Part shown: positions 40,369-49,480 of the stretch, piece after piece | Layout: the number at the start of each line of letters is the position of its first letter | Numbering within the stretch: the first letter of the stretch is position 1 | Source: Clostridia bacterium | GTDB lineage: Bacteria > Bacillota > Clostridia > Oscillospirales > Acutalibacteraceae | Reading direction: 5' to 3' | Assembly (NCBI GenBank): GCA_017475765.1 | Contig: JAFVEY010000027.1 | Location: 9,911 to 73,910, forward strand | DNA: 64,000 nt | Translations under genes and position numbers: made by a program | The notes under the pieces: generated by a model | Databases searched by the model: none | What the model saw: the letters and a program-made list of their open reading frames with translations, nothing else | What the model was told of the DNA's origin: nothing

Positions 40369-40458
40369 ATGATGACGGCAGGAATTAATCCGGACAATCA
40401 GATGTGTATTGACACAGCAAAATGCAGCTTTGAGCGATGTTGCGGTTTACGAATGTGA
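40369..40458 (+). CDS. possible 29-codon leader sORF (MMTAGINPDNQMCIDTAKCSFERCCGLRM) rich in Met/Cys
   Basis: RBS aaggggg 3-6 nt upstream of a tandem ATGATG. It lies in the 5' leader of a sulfur-compound ABC transporter, and no clear terminator follows. Confidence 0.2.
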   Translation: MMTAGINPDNQMCIDTAKCSFERCCGLRM

Positions 40459-40605
40459 CTTTGTCAGCAGAGATTCTGCTTATCGTGAAAAGGGCAGCTT
40501 GCGGAGGTCAGAAGGTCTCCTGTTTTATGCCTGTTTATGAATGAAATGAAGAAACAATTATAACAAACAGAAAGGGATATGTTTATAACATATATGGTGA
40601 TAATT

Positions 40606-41766
40606 ATGAGAAAGAGAAGATTTTTTGCCGGTGCTCTTGCTCTGACATTGGCTTTATCATTTGCAGCATGTAATAATGACAGCGGTTCGGGCAATTCAAC
40701 AAGCTCGACAGCTTCAACAGCATCAACCGATGCAAGCGGTTCAGCCGATCAGTCACAGGCTTCGGGCGGCGAAGCAAGCAAGGCACAGCTTGAAAAAACA
40801 GATTTCAATCTGGGATATCTTAATTCAACTGCTCATCTTCTTGGTTTTGTTGCAAAGGAAGAGGGATATTTTGAAGAGGAAGGTCTGAATGTCACATTGA
40901 CTCAATTCTCAAGTGCAGCAGAGCTTTCATCAGGTCTTGAGTCAGGCAAGCTGGACGTTGCTTTCATCGGTTCTGTTCCGATTCTTACCTTCCAGAGCCA
41001 GGGACATGATCTTACGATCTTCGGCGGTGCCATGACAAACGGTCACGGCTATGTCATCAAGTCACAGTATACAGAGGGTCTGAGCGATTGGGATGTTTCC
41101 ATCCTTAAGGGAAGAAATGTGGCTTCCGTTAAGAACAGCGTTCAGGATGCGGAGCTTCAGATACTTCTTAAGAATGCCAATATCGAAATTGGTGAAAACG
41201 ATCCCGAAAAGGTAAACATCGTTTATTTTGACAGCCAAAAGGATGCTTATGCAGCTCTTCAGAATGATTCCATTGACGCTGCTTCCGTATATTCTCCTTA
41301 TGCTTCTCTTGCAAAGGGTCAGGGCTATGAGATCGTTTACCGCTGCTCGGAAGAAGAAGCTCTCAAGAACCAGCCCTGCTGCCGTCAGGTTGCTGCAACA
41401 AGCGCACTCCAGGCTAATCCGAATTCGTATAACGCATTTGAAAGAGCGCTCATAAAGGCGTACAAGTTCTCACAGGAAAATCAGGAGGGTACGATCAAGG
41501 ATATCAAGAAGTACATCGACATTGACGAGGACTATATCAAGACAGAGGTTTACGGCGGCTATGGCACATCCGTTCCGGATCCGGATAAGAAGGGTACAGT
41601 AGATCTGAAGGACAAGATCGTGGAACTCGGTTATACAGAGGATTATGATATCGAAAAGGTTTACAATACAGAAGTCTACAAAAACGCTCTTGACAGTCTG
41701 ATTGCTGAAAATGCTGATGATGCTGTTTATAAGACACTTAAGGAGCATTTCGACCAGTACGAATAA
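40606..41766 (+). CDS. ABC transporter substrate-binding lipoprotein, NMT1/SsuA/TauA family
   Basis: Lipobox LALSFAAC after a signal peptide, a Ser-rich linker, and an SsuA-like fold. Confidence 0.7.
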   Translation: MRKRRFFAGALALTLALSFAACNNDSGSGNSTSSTASTASTDASGSADQSQASGGEASKAQLEKTDFNLGYLNSTAHLLGFVAKEEGYFEEEGLNVTLTQFSSAAELSSGLESGKLDVAFIGSVPILTFQSQGHDLTIFGGAMTNGHGYVIKSQYTEGLSDWDVSILKGRNVASVKNSVQDAELQILLKNANIEIGENDPEKVNIVYFDSQKDAYAALQNDSIDAASVYSPYASLAKGQGYEIVYRCSEEEALKNQPCCRQVAATSALQANPNSYNAFERALIKAYKFSQENQEGTIKDIKKYIDIDEDYIKTEVYGGYGTSVPDPDKKGTVDLKDKIVELGYTEDYDIEKVYNTEVYKNALDSLIAENADDAVYKTLKEHFDQYE

Positions 41767-41851
41767 TAATTTTATAATATCATTTGAGGCATTTTCCGCA
41801 GAAAGGACCTTTCTGCGGAAAATATGCTGTTAATAGAGGAGAGGTGAGTCT

Positions 41852-42665
41852 GTTGAGCAAAATTGAGATACAGAATTTAACAGTTGATTATGTTGAAAGA
41901 AATAAAAGCTTTACCGCACTCAAGGATGTTTCCTTTTCCGTGGAGGCAGGTGAGTTTGTGAGCGTCATAGGCTCCAGCGGCTGCGGTAAGAGTACGCTGC
42001 TGAGTATACTGGAGGGCATTAACTTCCCGACAGGCGGTCAGATACTGATCGACGGCGAGCCGATAAAGGGAACAGGTTCGGACAGGGGAGTTGTTTTTCA
42101 GCATTATTCACTCTTCCCCTGGATGACGGCAAGAAAAAATGTAGCCTTTGGAATTAAACAGGTGAAAAAGAAAATTTCAAAGGAAGAAAGATTTCGTATC
42201 GCCGATCAATTTCTTGACAAGGTCGGTCTGGAGGATTTCAAAAACAAATATCCGTCACAGCTTTCCGGCGGAATGCAGCAGAGAGTGGCAATCGCAAGAG
42301 CGCTTGCCATGGATACAGATATACTGCTGATGGACGAGCCGTTCGGTGCTATTGATGCCAAAAACCGCACGATACTGCAGGAGCTTCTTCTGAAGCTTTG
42401 GGAAGGCGACGGCAAACAGGAAAAGAAAACCGTTGTGTTTGTAACGCACGACATTGATGAAGCGATCCTCCTTTCGGACAAGATCGTGATGATGGCTACG
42501 AATCCGGGAAGAGTATCAAAGGAGATAGAGGTTCCGTTTAAAAGACCAAGGGTCAGGGCGGAGCTTGTGCAGACAAAAGAATATGGTGTATTCAGAAATG
42601 AGCTTTTGTCGCTTTTTTACAGCGATATTGCAAGTAAAATCGGCGGAGATGAGGTGGTGCTGTAA
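41852..42665 (+). CDS. ABC transporter ATP-binding protein (NitT/TauT family)
   Basis: Walker A GSSGCGKST, signature LSGGMQQRV, Walker B ILLMDEP. Start at TTG 41852 or GTG 41844 after the RBS ggagagg. Confidence 0.8.
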
Positions 42666-43585
42666 TGACATTCAAAAAAAGATATCTGAGAGTGACAAAT
42701 CTTTTGTTTGTCATTTTGCTTTTGGTACAGCTTTTGCCGAATCAGGCATCCAAAGATCCAATAACTGCCTATACAGTATGGTTTGCTGTCGGGGTTGAGG
42801 TGATCGTTCTTGCGGCGTCCTCGTTTGTAAAAAAGATCGAAGGACTGAATCTGTTTCTTGATATTATCGGATTTCTGTACGGACTTCTGATCGTCTGGAC
42901 ATTGGCAACGGCAAAATTCAATTTGTTGAATCCGGCACTTTTTCCGGCACCGGGACAGGTGTTTCTTCAGTTTGTCGAGGATATCGACAAGATACTGATC
43001 AATATAAAAAGCTCGGTAGGAATTATTCTGGAGGGTTATCTTCTGGCATCTGCCATTGCAATTCCTTTGGGTCTGTTTCTTGGATGGGGAGCAAGACTGG
43101 GAAATGCAGCTACATATATTTCAAAGTTTTTAGGCTCCATTCCGCCTATTGTCTATATTCCCTACGGAATCGCTCTTTTGCCGACCTTCCGTTCAGTATC
43201 GGTCTTTGTTATATTCCTTGCTACCTTTTGGCCGGTGCTTGCAGGCACGATGAGCGGTGTGCTTAATGTAGAAAAAAGGCTGATAGATTCGGCAAAGGTT
43301 CTGAATGTCAATAAATTTACGATGCTTTTTTCAGTCATACTTCCGGCAGCGCTGCCGCAGATTTTTATCGGCTGTAATCAGGGTCTGACGGTTTCGTTCG
43401 TTCTGCTCACATCCGCAGAAATGATCGGCGCACGTGACGGTCTCGGATACTATGTGAAGCAGTATTCGGATTTCGGCGACTATACAAGAACAATTGTCGG
43501 ACTTCTTGTGATCGGTATCGTTGTCATTATCATATCCTTCCTGTTCAATAAACTGCAGAGATTTCTGCTGAGATGGAAGAGATAA
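42665..43585 (+). CDS. ABC transporter permease (BPD-type)
   Basis: Six TM helices and an EAA-like loop; the start overlaps the ATPase stop. Confidence 0.8.
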   Translation: MTFKKRYLRVTNLLFVILLLVQLLPNQASKDPITAYTVWFAVGVEVIVLAASSFVKKIEGLNLFLDIIGFLYGLLIVWTLATAKFNLLNPALFPAPGQVFLQFVEDIDKILINIKSSVGIILEGYLLASAIAIPLGLFLGWGARLGNAATYISKFLGSIPPIVYIPYGIALLPTFRSVSVFVIFLATFWPVLAGTMSGVLNVEKRLIDSAKVLNVNKFTMLFSVILPAALPQIFIGCNQGLTVSFVLLTSAEMIGARDGLGYYVKQYSDFGDYTRTIVGLLVIGIVVIIISFLFNKLQRFLLRWKR

Positions 43586-43603
43586 AGCCAAGGAGGAAAA
43601 AAT

Positions 43604-44773
43604 ATGCCTGCATTATCCGAAAGAACAAAGGATTTTACAGATTCGGTCATCAGAAGAATGACACGAGTTTCTCTGCAATATAATGCGGTCAATCTTTCGC
43701 AGGGATTCCCTGATTTTGACCCGCCGAAGGAAATACTTGACCGTCTTGCACAGGTTGCAGGAGAAGATTTTCATCAGTATTCCATTACATGGGGTGCTCA
43801 GAATTTCAGAGAAGCGCTTGCAGAAAAACAGTCCCGTCTGATGGGAAGAAAAATTGACCCTAACGGAGAAATTGTCGTTACCTGCGGAAGCACAGAGGCA
43901 ATGATGGCTGCTGTTATGACGGTGACGAATCCGGGAGATAAGGTTGTCGTATTTTCTCCATTTTATGAAAATTACGGTGCCGATACGGTTCTTTCCGGTT
44001 CGCAACCAATCTATGTACCGCTTTATCCACCCGAATTCAATTTTAATCCCGATGAGCTGGAAGCAGCATTCCGGCAGAAACCGAAGGCGCTGATCCTTTG
44101 CAATCCCTCCAATCCGAGCGGTAAGGTATTTACGCTTGAAGAACTTAAGATCATTGCGGAGCTTGCGGAAAAATACGATACCTTTGTCATAACTGATGAG
44201 GTTTACGAGCATATTGTTTATGAGCCGAATAAGCATATTTATTTCAGCTCTCTGCCCGGAATGTGGGAAAGAACGATATCCTGTTCATCGCTTTCAAAAA
44301 CCTATTCGATAACCGGATGGCGGCTGGGATATATTATTGCACCGTCCTATATTATTGATACAGCAAAAAAGGTGCATGATTTTCTGACTGTCGGAGCGGC
44401 TGCACCATTGCAGGAAGCGGCGGTAACAGGTCTTAAATTCGGTGATGACTATTACAGACAGCTTCGGGATACCTATACCGGAAAGCGTGATCTTTTCCTC
44501 AAAGGGCTGGATGATCTGAAAATTCCTCATACCATACCCCAGGGAGCTTATTATATACTTCTTGATATATCGGAATTCGGTTATGAAAGTGATCTTGAAT
44601 TCTGTGAGGTGCTGGCAAGGGATGTGGGAGTTGGAGCTGTTCCCGGTTCGAGCTTTTTCAGGGAAAATGTCAATCATCTTATCCGTCTGCACTTTGCAAA
44701 GAAGGATGAAATACTGAATGAAGCACTTAACCGATTGGAAGGCTTCAGGACAAAAATTGCTTACAGAAAATAA
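43604..44773 (+). CDS. class I/II PLP-dependent aminotransferase (MalY/YbdL-like)
   Basis: SLSKTYSITGWRLGY PLP-lysine region; 389 aa. Confidence 0.75.
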   Translation: MPALSERTKDFTDSVIRRMTRVSLQYNAVNLSQGFPDFDPPKEILDRLAQVAGEDFHQYSITWGAQNFREALAEKQSRLMGRKIDPNGEIVVTCGSTEAMMAAVMTVTNPGDKVVVFSPFYENYGADTVLSGSQPIYVPLYPPEFNFNPDELEAAFRQKPKALILCNPSNPSGKVFTLEELKIIAELAEKYDTFVITDEVYEHIVYEPNKHIYFSSLPGMWERTISCSSLSKTYSITGWRLGYIIAPSYIIDTAKKVHDFLTVGAAAPLQEAAVTGLKFGDDYYRQLRDTYTGKRDLFLKGLDDLKIPHTIPQGAYYILLDISEFGYESDLEFCEVLARDVGVGAVPGSSFFRENVNHLIRLHFAKKDEILNEALNRLEGFRTKIAYRK

Positions 44774-44788
44774 CAGGTCTTTTCTATA

Positions 44789-44833
44789 ACACACGTCTGC
44801 GCATTAATGAAACGATGCAGACGTGTGTTTTTC
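44789..44833 (+). terminator. intrinsic terminator (12-bp perfect stem + T5)
   Basis: acacacgtctgc pairs with gcagacgtgtgt, followed by ttttt. Confidence 0.8.
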
Positions 44834-44989
44834 AGAAAAAATTCGCCCCCAATTAATAAATGCTTGAGAGGATATGGTATTATCCTTACAGTACAGTATT
44901 TCATGTCTGTCAACAGCTTATCGTAACAGTCTGCCGAAAGCCGAGGTGATTTTTAATATTTTTTGATTATGAAATGAATCAGATAATTG

Positions 44990-45018
44990 TTGACAATCTG
45001 TATGAAATATGGTATCAT
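44990..45018 (+). promoter_or_regulatory. promoter with extended -10 (TTGACA-17-TGgTATCAT)
   Basis: -35 at 44990-44995 and -10 at 45013-45018 with TG at 45010-45011. Confidence 0.55.
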
Positions 45019-45083
45019 TTAACTATGTTGTTGTTATGAACAATAATGTCGAGAAATAATAATAAAAACTGGAGGTATTTACA

Positions 45084-45566
45084 ATGGCTGACGAATTACT
45101 TGCGAGAAGAGTTTATGATAGAATGGTTGAACTTCTTCCTGATTCGGGAATCAAAAATTTCACTAAGAACGAGGAAAAGCTGAATGTCAGATTTACAGTC
45201 AACGGCGACGACATCCCCATGGATTTTATCATGAGAGTAATACCTAATTCACAGCTCATATCACTTCTTTCATTCATGCCGTTCGATTTCAAGAGCGACA
45301 GGATGATGGAGGGTGCAATTGCGGTTACTGCTATCAATGATAACATACTTAACGGCAGCTTCTGCCTTGATATGTCTGACGGTACGACCTACTTTAATGT
45401 ATACAACAGCTATATCGGAACGGAATTATCAGTAGAACTCCTCAGATATCTGATAGGCATTTCAGTAAATACCGTTGATGATTATAACGACAGACTCCTT
45501 GCTTTGAACAAGAGCATCATTTCTATCGAGGACTTCCTCAAATGGATCAATGAAAATAATGAGTAA
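45084..45566 (+). CDS. hypothetical protein, YbjN-like (putative sensory-transduction regulator fold)
   Basis: 160-aa acidic protein, with similarity to YbjN-family proteins judged by eye only. Confidence 0.35.
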   Translation: MADELLARRVYDRMVELLPDSGIKNFTKNEEKLNVRFTVNGDDIPMDFIMRVIPNSQLISLLSFMPFDFKSDRMMEGAIAVTAINDNILNGSFCLDMSDGTTYFNVYNSYIGTELSVELLRYLIGISVNTVDDYNDRLLALNKSIISIEDFLKWINENNE

Positions 45567-45593
45567 TAGCTGATATTGCTCCTGTACTTTCAG

Positions 45594-45634
45594 GCTCCGC
45601 TGCACGACTTTGCTTAGTGCGGCGGAGCTTTTCT
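45594..45634 (+). terminator. intrinsic terminator
   Basis: gctccgctgcac pairs with gtgcggcggagc (one G-U pair), followed by ttttc. Confidence 0.75.
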
Positions 45635-45947
45635 GTATGTCTTTAATCCGCAGAAATAATTTCCCCCCCCTGTTATCAAAAGATGGAAAAGGCTGTTATA
45701 ATATGTATATCGACAGGATAATCTGTCGGAACTTTGAAAAAACAAGCTGCAGCTTTTAGCCGTCTGCTGTTGGAAGAATTCGGATTAATGAAGAATGGAT
45801 TTCGATGACCTTCATTCTGAGATACCCCCTTGAGCCGATAAAGGTACACAATGCTGCTTTATCTGACGGCAGACGACTAAAAATTACAACAGAAAAGGAG
45901 GTAATTTTCTATATAAAAAATCAGACTTTGACGGATTCTGCGGTATC

Positions 45948-45976
45948 TTGACAAAGTGAAAATAAACAAGTATAAT
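45948..45976 (+). promoter_or_regulatory. consensus promoter (TTGACA-17-TATAAT) for the AAA+ protease operon
   Basis: -35 at 45948-45953 and -10 at 45971-45976. Confidence 0.6.
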
Positions 45977-46017
45977 TAAAAATATTATATATTTTTGTAA
46001 AAAAGGCGGTAATTTGT

Positions 46018-49000
46018 ATGGCGACTATTGAGAACAGTAAATTTCTTGAATCCATTATTGAAAAAGCAAAAACGTATACCGAAGAGGGCAATGTAACGAT
46101 TGATACGATTTTTCTTGCAATGATGGAATTTGTTGAAAATGTATCAGGACCGGAACTGACATCTGAGCAGATAGAGCTGAAAAGGCTTATTTCCGAAAAT
46201 GTCGATCTTTCAAGCGCCGCAAAGCTCCTGCATGAAGAAATAAAGAAAAAGAAAATTTCTTTTATTGATAATATCAATTATCAGAAACTGATCAAGGAAG
46301 CATCGGAACAGTCGGAAAAAAGCAGCCTGACAGAGCTGAGAGCAGATATTCTTGCTCAGTGTATCGTAAGATCTCCTTCCAACTCCATTAAAACAATTCT
46401 GAACCGTAAATCCGATAAACCGGCATTGGATGTGCCGCTGCAGAAAGCCGCTGATATATCCGAAACTCACGATAAGACAACCGCTGATGAAAAAACAGAG
46501 GCTCCCGAACCGGAAAAAGAAGAATCTGCAGACCCGCTTGATAAGCTCCGTCAGGTCGAGGCACTTGTAAAGAAAACAAAGCAGATAAGCGATATTCTGT
46601 CGAAAAAGCTGTATGGTCAGAATAATGCGATCGCCACCTTTGTTTCGGGCTATTTCCAGTCACTTATGCTGAAACTGACAGGAGAAACAAGAAATGCTCC
46701 CGGAGCATCATTTCTTTTTGCAGGCCCTCCCGGTGTCGGCAAGACCTTCCTTGCGGAATCGGTTGCGGAAGTTCTGGAGCTTCCGTATAAGCGCTTCGAT
46801 ATGAGCGAATACTCCGATCATGAGGCTAATATGATGTTCTGCGGCTATGATAACGTCTATAAAAATGCCGCTCCCGGTCATGTAACATCGTTTGTGGAAG
46901 AAAATCCGAAATGTATCCTTCTTTTTGATGAAATCGAAAAATGTCATCTCAATGTCATACACCTTTTCCTTCAGCTTCTGGATGCAGGCAGACTTAAGGA
47001 TAACTATACAAGAAAAGAAGTATCGTTCAAGGATGCGATCATTATTCTGACGACAAATGCAGGAAGAGAAATCTATGAAAATTCCGATTCCGGAGATTTC
47101 TCCGATATTCCGAGAAAGGTGATACTCAAGACGCTTCAGAGCGACATCAACCCCGTGACGGGAGCACCGTTCTTTCCGGGAGCAATATGCTCACGCTTTG
47201 CAACAGGCAATGTTGTCATGTTCAATCGTATGGATGTTACGGGACTCAGCTCGATCGTGAAAAAGGAAATGTCCAGAAATGCGGATAATATTGCAAAGAG
47301 CCTTGATGTCAAACTGGAAATTGACGAAAATATCTATACGGCTGTTTTGTTTGCCGAGGGCGGCGGAGTTGATGCAAGAACCGCAAGGAGCAGAGCGCAG
47401 ACCTTTATAGATAAGGAATTGTTTGAGCTTTTCAGACTGATGACATCGGAAGCATCTGTCAGCAAGATTGAGGATGTCAAGAAAATATCATTCTCGATGG
47501 AGCTGCCGAAGGAAAACAAGGTGATCTACGAAACCTTTAATATGTGTGAAAAGCCGGAAGCGCTTGTATTTGCTTCGTCAGATGTGGAGAGTAAATTTGA
47601 AAAAAGCAAGGGGTTCTTTGATCCTGTATTCGTTGATAATATTGAAAAAGCAAAGGAGCTTCTGACAAAGCGTGATATTAAATTCGTACTGATTGATTTC
47701 AGCTTCGGTGGAAACAACAATATTTATAATTATCTGAATATTGAGGATGTTTACTCTGCCGGAAGAGATTTTTTGCGTGAGATCAGAGAAAACTATAAAT
47801 CAGTTCCTGCCTATATTATCCAGACCGAAACCTATGAGTTCAGCCCAGAGGAAAGAGTTTCGCTCCTGCACCAAGGCGCAAGAGATATCATTGAGCTTGA
47901 ACCGAATGATACCATGACCGAACAGCTTGCCGAAATATGCAGAGCTTTGCATCGCCAGCAGAGTATGTATGAAATGACCAGCAGGGGAAAGGTGCTTACC
48001 TTTGAAACCGCTCAGACTGTTTCAAAAACAGATGAGGGACTGGAAGCCGAAATAAAACTGTTCGATTTCAGAACGGTAACTGCGGTTGATGCAGAGGATA
48101 ATGGACAGATCGTCAACAACCTTTCAAGACCCAATACGAAATTTGATGATGTGATCGGTGCGGATGATGTCAAGGAGGAACTCAGATATTTTGCGGAGTA
48201 TATGAAAAATCCGAGAAAATATGCCGGCACCGGACTCAGAGCGCCGAGAGGTATCCTTCTTTACGGTCCTCCCGGAACAGGTAAAACGCTTATGGCAAAG
48301 GCGCTGGCAGGGGAATCGGATACGACATTTATCAGCGCAGAAGGAAATCAGTTCCTTAAAAAATATGTGGGAGAGGGTCCTGAAGCGGTACACAGACTTT
48401 TCAGAACCGCAAGAAAATATGCGCCGTCCATTCTTTTTATTGATGAAATTGATGCTATCGGCAAATCAAGAGAGGGAGAGGGAGGACATATCAACGGCGA
48501 TATTCTTACTGCCTTTCTTGCAGAGATGGATGGTTTCAGCTCCGACCCGTCCAAGCCTGTGTTTGTGCTTGCCGCTACCAATTATGATGTTGACCCGGAA
48601 AGTCCGAGGTGCATAGACCCTGCACTTCTCAGACGCTTTGACAGAAAAATGTATGTCGATCTTCCGAAAAAGGAGGAAAGAAAGAAATATCTTGATATGA
48701 AACTGGCGGCAAATAAGGCGTTCAGTGTTAGTGATGCTGCTGCCGGCAGTCTTGCCAACCGTTCAATCGGAATGAGCCTTGCAGAGCTGGAATCGGTTCT
48801 GGAGCTTGCTCTTCGCAGCGCTGTCCGTACAGGCAGTATGTCTGTCACCGATAAGATCCTTGACGATGCTTTTGAAACCTTCAACAGCGGAGAAAGGAAG
48901 GAATGGAGCGAGGAGATCATGCTGCGTACGGCAAGGCATGAATCAGGTCATACGCTTATGTGCCGTCTTACGGGTGAAAAGCCGTCTTATGTGACCATCG

Positions 49001-49464
49001 TTTCCAGAGGAAACTTCGGCGGCTATATGCAGCATGCCGACAATGAAGAAAAGAGCGGCTATACAAAGAAGGATATGTTCGGCAAGATACGCACAGCCCT
49101 CGGAGGACGTGCAGCTGAAATCGTTTATTACGGAAATGAGGACGGCATCTCGACAGGCGCATCATCCGATCTTTCTTCCGCAACAAGAATGGCAACAAGT
49201 ATGCTTTGCCGGTTCGGTATGATAGAAGAATTCGGAATGGGTGTGCTTTCGGATCAGGAGCTTTTATATTCTCCTGCTGCCTCTGAGGTGAGAAGTGCCG
49301 TCAATAAGATACTGAATGAGCAGCTTGAAATGGCAGTCATGCTGATCTCCGCACACAGAGACTGCATTGACGCTCTTTCCTCACAGCTGCTTGCGAATAA
49401 TCATCTGAATACCGAGGAGATAGATGAAATTATAGGAAGATTTATTGATCTGAGCAAGATTTAA
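46018..49464 (+). CDS. chimeric soluble AAA+ metalloprotease: Clp-N-like + ClpA/B-D2-type AAA + receiver-like + FtsH-type AAA + M41 peptidase
   Basis: LYGQNNAIA..GPPGVGKTFLAESVAEVL..LLFDEIEKCH..LLDAGRL..TTNAG (ClpAB D2). A CheY-like alternating pattern follows. Then ILLYGPPGTGKTLMAKALA..ILFIDEIDA..ATNYDVDP..ALLRRFD (FtsH AAA) and HESGH with conserved downstream acidic residues (M41). No TM helices. Confidence 0.7.
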   Translation: MATIENSKFLESIIEKAKTYTEEGNVTIDTIFLAMMEFVENVSGPELTSEQIELKRLISENVDLSSAAKLLHEEIKKKKISFIDNINYQKLIKEASEQSEKSSLTELRADILAQCIVRSPSNSIKTILNRKSDKPALDVPLQKAADISETHDKTTADEKTEAPEPEKEESADPLDKLRQVEALVKKTKQISDILSKKLYGQNNAIATFVSGYFQSLMLKLTGETRNAPGASFLFAGPPGVGKTFLAESVAEVLELPYKRFDMSEYSDHEANMMFCGYDNVYKNAAPGHVTSFVEENPKCILLFDEIEKCHLNVIHLFLQLLDAGRLKDNYTRKEVSFKDAIIILTTNAGREIYENSDSGDFSDIPRKVILKTLQSDINPVTGAPFFPGAICSRFATGNVVMFNRMDVTGLSSIVKKEMSRNADNIAKSLDVKLEIDENIYTAVLFAEGGGVDARTARSRAQTFIDKELFELFRLMTSEASVSKIEDVKKISFSMELPKENKVIYETFNMCEKPEALVFASSDVESKFEKSKGFFDPVFVDNIEKAKELLTKRDIKFVLIDFSFGGNNNIYNYLNIEDVYSAGRDFLREIRENYKSVPAYIIQTETYEFSPEERVSLLHQGARDIIELEPNDTMTEQLAEICRALHRQQSMYEMTSRGKVLTFETAQTVSKTDEGLEAEIKLFDFRTVTAVDAEDNGQIVNNLSRPNTKFDDVIGADDVKEELRYFAEYMKNPRKYAGTGLRAPRGILLYGPPGTGKTLMAKALAGESDTTFISAEGNQFLKKYVGEGPEAVHRLFRTARKYAPSILFIDEIDAIGKSREGEGGHINGDILTAFLAEMDGFSSDPSKPVFVLAATNYDVDPESPRCIDPALLRRFDRKMYVDLPKKEERKKYLDMKLAANKAFSVSDAAAGSLANRSIGMSLAELESVLELALRSAVRTGSMSVTDKILDDAFETFNSGERKEWSEEIMLRTARHESGHTLMCRLTGEKPSYVTIVSRGNFGGYMQHADNEEKSGYTKKDMFGKIRTALGGRAAEIVYYGNEDGISTGASSDLSSATRMATSMLCRFGMIEEFGMGVLSDQELLYSPAASEVRSAVNKILNEQLEMAVMLISAHRDCIDALSSQLLANNHLNTEEIDEIIGRFIDLSKI

Positions 49465-49480
49465 AGGAAGGGATTTTTTT

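Noticed and set aside
43613-44236. 207-aa minus-strand ORF
   Set aside because: It is antisense to the aminotransferase gene.
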